A stretch of 63,993 bases of DNA, the filler included, from Streblomastix strix (Eukaryota), in the NCBI GenBank assembly GCA_008636045.1. It is 4 parts of 4 records of this genome, joined end to end, with 100 filler letters (N's around TTAATTAATTAA, not from the genome) between each part and the next. Parts side by side here need not be neighbours in the genome. Positions count along the whole stretch, not along the records: positions 32,294 to 48,332 come from SNRW01000882.1; positions 48,433 to 63,993 come from SNRW01000963.1; 2 more parts are not named here. One strand, given 5' to 3'. A model generated the notes under the pieces. That model ran no database searches. It was not told where the DNA came from and was given only the letters and a program-made list of their open reading frames with translations. Position numbers and translations under genes: made by a program. This document shows positions 40,071-51,316 of the stretch, in pieces. The stretch's first letter is position 1. Each line of letters opens with the position of its first letter.

Positions 40071-40172
40071 GTTTCTCATTGTTGGCTATTTGTCCAGTTG
40101 GTTACAGTTTTTTAAGAAAGTTTCTGACTCGGAACACTCGGAATTCTCGGAACACTTTAAATTCATTCACTA
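40071..40172 (+). repeat. Bipartite module-boundary repeat
   Basis: TGGCTATT TGTCCAGT TGGTTACA GTTTTTTAAGAAAGTTTCTG ACTCGGAAC ACTCGGAAT TCTCGGAAC ACTTTAAATTCATTCA. Confidence 0.9.
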
Positions 40173-40280
40173 TCCAAACCATTTTCTCATACTATTTTCG
40201 AATATTTCAATTATGTTTATGACTCAATCAACCTAATCCAGTTTACTAATGTAATAATTATTTATTTATATTTTTAATAA

Positions 40281-43200
40281 ATGACAGATAAAAAGGGATA
40301 TGATTCGTAAAGGCGACGTTTGTCTACAAGGGTGTCCCCAAATGTGCTTCCGATTGAGCCTACAACTCACACTCTATCAGAGCTATAACAACTTTATCAA
40401 TCGCCCGGATAAACAAAATAATAAATGAATAAAATATAAAAATATTTTGGAAGAACGCAAGCACGTAATTATTAATTGTCACATGAATTATCTCCTGAAT
40501 TATAAATGGAGCAACGACAATAATAATTGATGTAAATATAGAGTTATATTATGTAAATGCAAGCATGTAATTACTAGCCATAACCAGAATTATCACCTAA
40601 ATTGCTACCCGAACAATGCGAAGCTCACGAAGTGCGGGAGGATTATCAAGTGGATTTAAGACACAAAAAATTAACACCAGAAATTGTAAGAGAGTTAATG
40701 ACTTTATTCGACCTTTAAATATAATAAAAAAAATATTACTGAATTAAGGGCATAATTTCATTATTTTTAGATAATTTCGGTTTAAGTAACGGTAAAAACA
40801 ATAGAGATATAGCTTGTTAGACATGTAAATCTATTAAATGAAATTAAAGAATAAAAACTAAACTTTAAATAAAAATAAAACAACGATGAGTTCAAAAATG
40901 TTAAAGATGAAATAAAAGAATTTAATGATGAAAATTAAGGCAAGATTTTTAGGCCAATTGATGCTCTTAACATCTTGCAGAGTACGATTATGTTATGTGA
41001 ACATCAACTCGAGTAAGAAAATGAAAGAAGAATTAATTTTCAGCGAAAACATATATAAAATTAATAAATCAAATATGACCCACTTTATTCATACAATAAG
41101 TCCTACGAAAGAATATTACAAAAATGATTTAAGATCAATTGAAGTTGTTGATACTTACTTAGATGAAATATATTAGCGAGAAGAAAAATTCTCATTCAAA
41201 ATTGCGTTTGATTTTGGAGCAGTTATTGAACGAGTCGATGGTTAAGAAAATGAATAACAAATAACATATAAAAATTATTCATCCACTTGATGCTAGAACA
41301 GATATGAGAGCACTAACAACTATACGCATTAACTTAGATTTAGCGGATTATAAAAGATTCATTAGAAATCATATTATTTAAATGTAAGAGAGAACCATCA
41401 TGGACACCAAAGAGAAAATAATCGGTACATTTTCAATAATGATTCAAATATTCAGACTGTCACATGCAGGAGCTTGTGGTCGAACAATACCATCAATAAA
41501 GAAGCATATTATGAGGCAAGATATTCGATATATTGACCCTGAAAAAAGGATTAAAATTTATATTTCTTTCCAGCATATTCATTTATTGCAATACCAGATA
41601 TTAAGGCAGACGGTGCTGTAGCGGCTAAGCGTTATAAGGAACATTCAAGTATTACAGAAGCAAAGCGATTATTTTAAAAAATCTTTGGAAAAAAAATTAA
41701 TGATATTTTTTAAGGATTTAATTTTTCATCAGAAGCAGATTAATTTATTCAGAACGAAAATTTAAATATAAATGTGTTCGCTTATGAAACTACGCCAGCA
41801 AATTAAGGAAGTTATTATCTATAGAGTCAATATAGAAGAAACGAATTGAACGAATAAACTAAAGAATTTAATGTTCTTTTAATTAATCCATTTATTGAAC
41901 AACAAACAGCTAACGTTTTTCATTTAATTGATGTTGAGGCTTTAATTGTTTTAAAATATTATCCTATTTGTGGTGGGCAGGTTTATAAGACCAGAGATTC
42001 AAATTTATAATCTAAGCTAAAAAGACATATATAAAAATATTAAAAAAATGGAGGAAAAATAATAAAAAAAAAGTGTATTTAGAAAGATTTCATAGGCTGT
42101 ATGTTTCTCACATTTTGAATAATGTTAGCTATAAGTATCTTCTGGCACATGGTCGAGAGGATAAATTTAAACCTATTAAATATTATTATAACATATGATA
42201 TTGAAACCGTTGAAAGAATCATTAATGAAAAATTCGGTGATAATTCAAAATAAATTTCAATATTAGAACCATTATCAATTGCGAGTACAATAAAAGTAAA
42301 AAATAAAGTCGTTGAAGTTGCTGACGCTGGTTCTGTTTATTAAATTTATTCCATTTATTTTGATTTTCGAACCCTAAACTTCTTTATTGTATGGATTAAA
42401 TAATTTATTAAGGAATTCAGAAAAGTTATTGATTCAAACAAATATGAAGATGAGTCAATACCACAGCATTATGAGGTTCCAGTTATTGGGCTCAATTCTT
42501 CAAAGTTTGATGTTTCGTTGATTCTTAAAAATTTATAAAACGAAGAATGGTAATTAATTAAATATCTTGGTAGTGGTTCAAACGCTAAAAAAAATCATTG
42601 TTAAACATAATATATCTAGAATAATATTGCGATTCATTGATGTGATGATTTATTCTACAAAAATGAAATTAAAATAATTTATAAAAGATTTTACACCTAA
42701 AGCATCAGCAACACCAACGGAAAAATCAGCAATTCCAACCAAATTAAAATTTTCATATGAATTCATCAACTACGTTAAATATAAAGAAATAATGAATAAT
42801 CATTATCCATTTCTTATTGAAGCATTTAGAAATATAGTAAAAAATAAAAATATAAGTCAAGAAAAATATTAAAGTTATTTGGCTGTTGCATAGAAATGTT
42901 CGAACAGGTAGGATTACCTTCGACACTATAAACTTGAAGATACTCGCATAATGATTCAGCCATCATATTATTTGATAGATATGTTCTTCAATTACAAAAT
43001 TGACATGAAATTTATGTCGATGTCTGCATGTGTTAATGCTATCAAATATGCACTTGCTTATAGCGACTTCAAACTGAATTAAGATTTCACACCAAAAGAT
43101 GATTATACATCATTCACACTTACAAAAAATTATTTGAACATTAAAGTTTGAAACTATCTAGAATAAGATAAGAGAAGAAATAGAGACACAAGAAACAACA

Positions 43201-45049
43201 TCAAAGAATCTGATTGTACTTTCTGCAGAAAATTATTTCTATCGAAAGGATGCCATGTATTTAATGTACGATTCACAAGCAAAATTCCGCTAGCGTTAGA
43301 AAGAATTAATATCGACAGGAGTCATTCTGCAGATAACGTAAAATAGTGCTGCTTATTCTGCAATAAATTTAAGTTAAATAAAGATGAAAATTTAACTCGT
43401 TTAATTATGTAACTGAAAAATTTCTGTCCCATGAAGTCGCTTCTATTGACAATAAATGATGAAGAATTTTATAAAATTTTACGTTTAGGAATCACTGGTT
43501 GATTATTGCAAGCCATGCATAGATATAAATTTGCATGTGAAACTAAAATAAATGAATTAAAATATATTGATGGAAAGGTCATCAGTAAGGACATCGATTA
43601 CACTATGACCTATCTTTTAACTCTAGATTTCAACTGTTAATATCCTTCTGTTATGAACTCAGAGCCGCATAAGTTCATTGAATATATACGGGTAATCGTT
43701 TATGCACGGCTGGATAAATATTGGAAAAAATTGCTGATAAATAAACAGCAAGAAATTAAACTTATTACCAAAATCGATTTAATTACATTGAAAGAGTGTC
43801 GTTTTTTTATAGCAGTAGTTAAAGGACATATTGACGAATAGCATAATAATGATTTCATTAATTTTCTTCCTATATTAAGAAATACCAATGTAACGATCGA
43901 TGAAAAAACATTAAGTTCATACATGTGTAATCTACTACTGAAAAATAATATGTAGCACGACAAAATTGAACGAATATTAGCAAATTTATCATCGACGCAT
44001 GGGTAATTCATGTCGTTCAATAATTATTATTTGTGGCTTCTTGTTATTGATTTTCATTTCATTATTGACGATACTTAATGTTTTATAACATTATCGAAGA
44101 ACGATAGATTCAATCCATTTGTTAAAGAATTTATGAATCGACGTATATAGGCAATAAGTGAAAAAAAAATGATGAAAAATAATAGTTCTATAAAGTAGCT
44201 ATGAATTTATGCTACAGAAGTGATGGAATGAATTAAGAAGAATAATCACAAACGACATTGTTGAGCTTTGATAGGACGTGGTTGTCTAATCTCTAAGGTT
44301 CATTCGTTATTGCCTAACAATTAACAGAAGATTTATTTGCTGTGTAATTTAATGCTGAAAGCTGCAACTGCAACACTTGCCTACATTCAGCTTATTTAGT
44401 GCTTGATAATTGCAAATATTGGTGAATTAATTTTATCTGTAATTTTTTAGCCAAAGCTTTCGATATGAACAAGATGCATTATATTTGTGGTGATACTGAT
44501 TCGATGGCATGGGCCATCAGTGGGAACCATGTTGCTGAAGAAGGAAATAGACAGAAGTTTAAATATGTAATCAAGGACTATAAATTTTTCGATGAAAATT
44601 ATCCCCTTTTCCTCGATTAATATAAACAACTATTTGGAGTCAGTTATGAGGCATAAGGAACGGCTTGCAATGCTTTAGCTCTAAAAATTCATCACATTTG
44701 TAATTATCTACCTAATGAGAATGAAAAGGATTTAAATTATTATTTGAAAGGAATAATTTAAAAATTTAATGTTCAATTGAACGATAATGCATTTAAATAA
44801 TCTTTATTAGAAGAATAAATTTTTGTTCAAAATATTATTCTTAGATAATCAAAAAAATAAATGTCAAAAATATAAATAAATAAAATTCGATTAACATCAA
44901 TTCATTATAAAATGTTTGTTCATGAAAATTAATATTGTGCTCCATTTCAGTATATCAACGGATTACAATTAAGTTCAGATAATTATATAATCGAGAAAAA
45001 TAGCAACGAAATCTGAGAAGTTGACACGATAAATACGAATAGTTAATGA
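40281..45049 (+). pseudogene. Protein-primed DNA polymerase B with a long N-terminal region and an HNH-like insertion; decayed
   Basis: ExoI YDIETVE (42197), ExoII GLNSSKFD, ExoIII HYKLEDT, motif A LDFNCQYPS (43626), motif B FYKVAMNLCY, motif C CGDTDSM (44492). Confidence 0.92.
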
Positions 45050-45137
45050 ATGTCTTTAAAGTGTTCCGAGTGCTCCGAGTGTTTTGAGTCAGAACTTTCA
45101 TCAAAAACTGCTGTCAGATAGCCATTTTGCCAGATTG
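45045..45137 (-). repeat. Bipartite module-boundary repeat
   Basis: Reverse complement: TGGCAAAA TGGCTATC TGACAGCA GTTTTTGATGAAAGTTCTG ACTCAAAAC ACTCGGAGC ACTCGGAAC ACTTTAAAGACATTCA. Confidence 0.88.
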
Positions 45138-45199
45138 TTAATTAATTTCATTGGTTATTTGAATAAATTGTTTAATTTTTCTATAAAACAAATATAAAA

Positions 45200-46565
45200 T
45201 AAAAATAGATTTTATAAGGAGATTCTTAGGACATTTGCTGATGATAAATATCAAAAAGATGATTATTAGTTTGAAGTATAATAAGATATAGATGATAAAG
45301 CATTTAAAGATTAATACAAAATGAATCTTCGAGAGTTTATAAAAAATATCATTAACATTAAAATTAAAACACATTGATATTATGATTGAAAAAGCTGATG
45401 AGATAATTATTGGAAAATGAACAGTGGCGGATTGGTACTATTATTATGTCTCAGTTTAATCGTAATTTGAACCTACAAAATAAAAGAATAAATTAAAAAA
45501 TAAACAATTGGATAAAGATGTTTAATCAGCGGGTTAATCATCCGCTGCTGATGACGAGGAAAATAGGCCCTATTTTATATTCAAAACAAAATTAAAATTG
45601 TTTGAAAAAATAAATAATCATAAATATGCTAATAATCAATATTTGCCAGTGAAAGATTATAAATTAAAACCATTATAAAGACTATAACGACCATATTTCT
45701 CTCCAAAATTAGGCAATTAGGAAATAGATATTTTTTTTCTGCAGATTAAGCCTTGCTGGAAAATAATGATGAATATGATGTTGCAATCTTTGAAGAAAAT
45801 GAAAAATGATAACAAAGAGGATAGCAAAGAAGAAATACAGGTATGTATCTATTTTTCATAAACATTAATGCGAAATATATTGTGGTATATCCTATGATAG
45901 ATAAATCAGCTACATAAAAAGTCTGATATTTGTAAAAATTAATAAAAAAACTATTACGTAAATAATATTCGTGGTGATGGAAATAAAAAATTTATTGGTT
46001 CTTATTTTGTTCATAGAATAAAATTAATTATAGTTTCACTGAATCAAAATTTACTAATCATAATTGAGTTGTCGATTCAGTTATTTGTACAATAATGAAT
46101 GCATTTGGTTATAAATTTAATTAATTATCAAAGAATTAATAGATATAAATAGTCGTTAGTATATACAATAATAAACCCATCTTGCGTTTCAAAATAAATG
46201 TAGCCCGCATTAAATTTAATTATCAAGAGATTTAGAAAGATAGTACTTACGTTCATAAATGAAGTAATTAGAGCGATAATTAGCAAGACAACGATATCAG
46301 GGCATATTTTCATTTCAAGCTGGAAATATAACTATAATGCATCTTGATTTCTAAAAAAACATAATAAATATTTATAAAATAAAGGGAATATTTCAATTAA
46401 TTAGCGGAGTTCATTAGATACGTAAATGGTAACGTTTTATGCCGATTATTGAATCATTCGTATAAAATAAATATAATAAAAATACTTTTAAATTATTGCA
46501 AATATATTAGTGAAAATAAGGAATCACTTCCAAAATATTTTGCAACAGAGTTTTTATTTAAATGA
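45200..46565 (+). pseudogene. Retroviral-type (rve) integrase, heavily frameshifted
   Basis: RPYFSPKLGNQEID (D1), YLFFININAKY...YP, NIRGDGN (D2), HN*VVDSVICTIMN, IYNN.P. Confidence 0.72.
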
Positions 46566-46616
46566 AACAAAATTTATAATTATTATTTAATTTTCATTTT
46601 TTTTATTTTAACTAAT

Positions 46617-46951
46617 ATGACAGTTAATCAGTTAATCAATGAAACAACACAAACTGAGTCAGCGATAACAGATTCATTTAATTCATCAAAATAAGAAAAG
46701 CCAAAGAAATAGATCGATAAAGAATAGGCAACTATTGCTGCAAGAGAATAACACTAAAATGCAAGAATTATATACAAATAAAATCAAACAAATTATGTTT
46801 CTAAAGTTAATGATATGCAATTATTAATAATTAAAAATCGTAAAAATTTTTTGAACATTAATGATTTATTTACAATTAATAAACACATTAAAAAAAATAT
46901 GGCAAATAACAAGATATTAATGAAGACGTTAAAGATTCAATCAACGTTTGA
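46617..46951 (+). pseudogene. Small hypothetical viral protein
   Basis: MTVNQLINETTQTES... is open in TAR=Gln code, with one homopolymer frameshift, and ends just before the repeat. Confidence 0.45.
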
Positions 46952-46979
46952 ATCAAATAATTTGTTTTTATTATTATTT

Positions 46980-47088
46980 TTTTCAATTCTGGCTGAATGG
47001 CTGGTTGGCAGCAGTTTTTGATGAAAGTTTCTGACTCTGAACACTTGGAACACTCGGAACACTCGAAACACTCAAAAGTCATTCATTA
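46980..47088 (+). repeat. Bipartite module-boundary repeat (four 9-mers), with two extra 9-mers at 47137-47162
   Basis: TGGCTGAA TGGCTGGT TGGCAGCA GTTTTTGATGAAAGTTTCTG ACTCTGAAC ACTTGGAAC ACTCGGAAC ACTCGAAAC ACTCAAAAGTCATTCA. Confidence 0.9.
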
Positions 47089-47529
47089 CTCAACTCAATT
47101 TATCGTTCCATTATCGAATATTTCGTTGATGTTTTATGACTCGGAACACTCGGAACACTCAAACATCTTTAACGGACAACATCAATTTTTAACACCAATT
47201 CAATATAAATATGTTCAAAATACTATAATTTATTTAATGATTTCTCCAACAATTTTAGACTTATATTAATTATATACATTAAAAATTCCATCAACATACC
47301 TATGTAGTTCTGTGAATATGACGAGCGCCATATGTACAAAGAATATGACTCAAGAATGGGCATCATTTATGTATATCTCTAATCAAATTCAATAATCATT
47401 AACAAACATGTCATTCATTAATTTAAACCATATGAATATTCTGTCTTAAATTAACGAGGTACAAATAATCCCATATATTTAACAAATATATTTATTTATA
47501 TAACTAAATTTATTTGCTTTATTTATTTA

Positions 47530-48305
47530 ATTTCTTTGATGTGAGCCACACGTCATATTCACGTAACTACTACCTTATTAAAGTCTGAAGAGTAGACTTC
47601 CGTCCGACCACGAGTGGCAGAAATTATTATCTTTAAAGAAGTCTAGTTACATCTTTTGTTCTACGTACTTTAATGAAAACTTTCCTGTATGCGATATTAT
47701 TGGAGACAAAATTGTTCTTATTTTCCGTTCTATCATTTTTTCAATAATAATTTGAAATTTTCAAATGAAAGTCTTGTTTGGTGCGTTATCAATATCTAAA
47801 AAGAAATTTTCTTGAAAGAATCTATTAAGAACAATCATTTTCTCGTTTGAAACATTAATTTGCATTGCCTTTTACTTCATGTTATCATTCGCGAACTGGG
47901 AATCATCACGTTGCGCACTTTCTGATATGTATTCACCGTCAAATTCTAATCTCAGTCTTTTTAATGGATTTGGACATTCACTTAATTTTGTTTCTTTCAA
48001 GTTTCTTGCTTCAAAGGGATTAAATGATATAACTTCGTTACTTATTATTCTATTTATCTCAATAATCTTTTATTTTGCATCTCCTTCATAATTGTCAGGT
48101 TCTAGATCTTCTTCGTCATCTATGATTTCCCTTTTCTTTTTATTTTTTCTTCTTTTCATTTCTGCCTCTCTTTCTTCTTTCATTTCTGATAACTGGTTCT
48201 AATCATGAAATATAGTCTTGTTCAATAGAAATGATTTTAGTGCAAATCCAATTGCGGCTAGAAACAGTTTTAAATATCTTGTTATTCTTGGATTATCATC
48301 CTTTT
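47530..48305 (-). pseudogene. Hypothetical protein fragment
   Basis: About 250 codons open in TAR=Gln code with one TGA (DDNPRITRYLKLFLAAIG...SFNPFEAR...FCHSWSDG); no family recognised. Confidence 0.4.
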
Positions 48306-48332
48306 TAAAAAAAATTAGTTAAAATGTAATAA

Positions 48333-48432
48333 NNNNNNNNNNNNNNNNNNNNNNNNNNNNNNNNNNNNNNNNNNNNTTAATTAATTAANNNNNNNNNNNN
48401 NNNNNNNNNNNNNNNNNNNNNNNNNNNNNNNN
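48333..48432. other. Artificial contig linker
   Basis: N44-TTAATTAATTAA-N44. Confidence 0.98.
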
Positions 48433-48690
48433 TTAATTTGGTAATCCTATAGCTTATATGAAGAAACCAACGATACCTATCGGTAAGAAAGGTAATATCA
48501 TGAAGAGAAACTACATTCCAACTTCATAACTAATACAAACTGCTAAAGCATAGGCTGATCTACACAGTAAATTAACTAAGTCAGTTAAAGTTGCTAAGAA
48601 AAAGTGATCATAAATTCATTATCATACGTTAATCATTGTCAATTCTTCTAATTCCAACACTAATTTCATCATAAATTATCATTTTTATAT

Positions 48691-49198
48691 AGAAGGGAAT
48701 TATGACGAGGTTATAATGTAACAAACTTAGCGATACATAAGATGAAACACACAGGAATTCATAAAGAAAATTATTTTTGCACCATGTTTTAACTTACAAA
48801 ACACTCATTCATCGGTCAAACATCATACTCAAACAGTAATCAACAGTCAATTCTCTTATCAAGACCCATTTTCAAGAATACATATAACCTTACGTATTAT
48901 CTCATGGTAACTCCTTTCAACATTTCATTTTTAAGAACTGATTTGACCTCGAGCCCCGAGCCTCGAGCCACAAATACTTTTCCAATAAATTCATTAAAAT
49001 CACTTATACCTCATTTTCTCATCTATTTTTCAATTTTCATTATTAATAATTATTTTCTTCAAATTTCTATCTTATTCCATTTTCATCAACTTTACCGATA
49101 TATTTGGTAATTACTTCAATTTCATTACTTTTCCCATTATTTATCATAAATCATCGCAAAACTAAATCTTACCATAAACCTCGTCATAATTCCCTTCT
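48691..49198. mobile_element. 508-bp segment bounded by perfect 22-bp inverted repeats (MITE-like)
   Basis: AGAAGGGAATTATGACGAGGTT at 48691-48712 and its reverse complement at 49177-49198, with TAT on both flanks. The right end cuts the DIRS YR frame. Confidence 0.6.
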
Positions 49199-50700
49199 TA
49201 TCAGAGAAGGCATTGTATTGAGTATTGATGCGTGGTGCTTTACTGATGATGGCTTTGTTCTTTTTGTTCCTGCTAACCAAATCTTGAATTCAGTATGAAT
49301 AAACAGAATCATCTGGTTCATAATGTTTTCGATTGTGTAGTTCCTTTCTTTCATCCAATCATCAAACACACCCATTGTCTACATATATTTCTTCTGAGTG
49401 TTGAATTTTTATCCTTCTATTATCATTTTTTGGGTTTCTCTAGTCATGTTTATGTTATCTAAAAATTCTGTAAATATCCTCCTTCCTTGATCAACTCTTG
49501 GTCCATGAGGAATGCCGCGATTTTTCCTGTTAGTAGTATGCACTTATTTCTGATCATCTCCTTCCCCGGGTTCAGAATCAGATAGCTCTTTCCAAGAATA
49601 AGGTATCTGCTGCTGTCTGTTAGTAAGGACGTGAACCATATTTGACCTGGCCACCAAGGTGTTATCATGATTGACTTTGGTTTAAACCTTTCCCAATCGA
49701 TCAGTGCTTCTCCAATATTCGGAATTGGTGGGTGGATCCAAAAAGTCTCTTCCTTCTATGGTCTCGAAAATGCGTTAAACCATTCTGCCCCTTCCTCTTC
49801 CTCTCCTAGTGCCAACAATCTATCCACGAGTTTGTTTTCCCCTGTTGCGAACAAATCCAGTGTTGGTATTATATCCCACGCTTAGCACAGGACTATGAAT
49901 ATCACTTTCTTTACTGAATAATCGCCCTGGTAACTCAACCTACTTAGTGCGTCTGTTATCTTGTTTGAGATTCCCGGAATATGTTGAGTCTGTGTTTGTA
50001 TTTTCAGTTGTTGATCATAGTTTAACTATTTTCTTCACTTCTGCTACCAGAGTCTCCCCTGCTCTTTATTTCGTTAAATCTTATACTGCGGTAGAGCATT
50101 CTGACTTAATGAGGATCGCTTTGATTTGCAGCTCTTTAAAGACTTATCTGTAACGGAATAGTCCTAAGTATAAGGCTTCCATTTCCTTCTTGTTGCTTGT
50201 CCACCTCTTCTGTTCCTTGCTCCATTCACCATGTTGGACTAAAGTATCCCATGTTTATAGTTCCAGAGTCACTCCTCAACCCTTCGGGGATGCGTCCGAT
50301 ACCATCACAGCCTCTGGAATTCTCACATCTAATGTCATCTCTTAATTTTTCGCTATCACACCCTGCCACCAATAAAGCTCTTGAAGAATTCTCTTAGATA
50401 ATAATATTTTCTTTTTCGATTTCTTTTATTTTAATGCTTTGATTTTTGCTGAATCCGTTCATTGAAATTAAAGAGAAACTTCTCCCACTTAAACTTTCAG
50501 GAAATTCAGTTTTCCAATTATTGAAGCCAAATATTTGATTCTAATTCGAATTATCTTCAAAGTTATGTATATGAATCTCTTCAATTTGAAGTGTAACTCT
50601 TATGTCCTGAGATATGTCATCGTCGGACAAATTTTCGTTAAATCCCAAGACAATCCTAGAAAGTAAATTTGTTATTTTGGCTCGATCTCGCATTTTTATT
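49199..50700 (-). mobile_element. DIRS-like retrotransposon relic (family A): end of RT, RNase H, methyltransferase-like domain, start of YR
   Basis: LASIIGKLNFL, VSDASRRV, HIPGISNKITDALSRL, TLDLFATGEN, FWIHPPIP, PWWPGQIWF, MGVFDDWMKE; colinear with 16574-17730. Confidence 0.87.
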
Positions 50701-51316
50701 TTTTAATTTAATTATTCGAAAAAGTGTAATTATGACTGTTGAATAATTTTTTTTATATTTTAATCAAAAATGCACACGATAACTTATAAAGTTTTAAACA
50801 TCAGTCAGACCAAGCAAAAGCAATTAAAGAGATTGGTTAGGTCGGTTGATATATTTCACTTATCCTTATATCCAGTGTTCCCTTTTGCATCAAGTCACTT
50901 GTTGCATAGAACTTTAACCTGATACATAATCAATTAATAACATAAATATGATAAATTTATAAATGATAAAAAGTAATTTAAATTTATAGAGATAATTGAT
51001 GATTAATGATTTATTGCTGCGTCCGAATGGCCGAACGAAAATTTATGTATTAATATATAATTAATAATATTAAGAATTTTGAATTACACATAAATAAATA
51101 CTTTGAATTTTAAATGTAAATTAAAATTTATCACTCATTTATTGAATATGAGACAATAATAAAGAATAAAAACGGTGTTGTGAAATTTCTTTAATTCATT
51201 TAAATTAATAAAGAAAATTACCAATTATAGTATTTTCTTCTAAATTCGGATATAAATGAAGAAAAATAAATGTTTACATTTGTAAAGTAGCGCATTTAAT
51301 TGTGTTTTAATTTTTT

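Larger units (their letters stand above)
32294..47170 (+). mobile_element. Endogenous Polinton/Maverick-like DNA virus, decayed; the left end lies beyond the contig and the right end is uncertain
   Basis: pPolB, packaging ATPase, integrase, KilA-N and capsid-sized genes are densely packed and intronless, with six boundary repeats. Confidence 0.9.

Noticed and set aside
40071..45137. pPolB flanked by inverted repeats as an independent inserted transposon
   Set aside because: No target-site duplication is evident, the left junction is shared with the contig-1 copy, and the same repeat bounds all the other modules.
34130..47165. ACTCGGAAC repeats as a CRISPR array
   Set aside because: Units are 9 bp, directly tandem without spacers, there are no cas genes, and the context is eukaryotic.
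46815..47269. Track ORFs with SEH/SEC repeats (also 34016-34228, 7075-7260 and 8790-8975)
   Set aside because: These are chance translations of the non-coding 9-bp repeats, with inconsistent frame and strand between copies.
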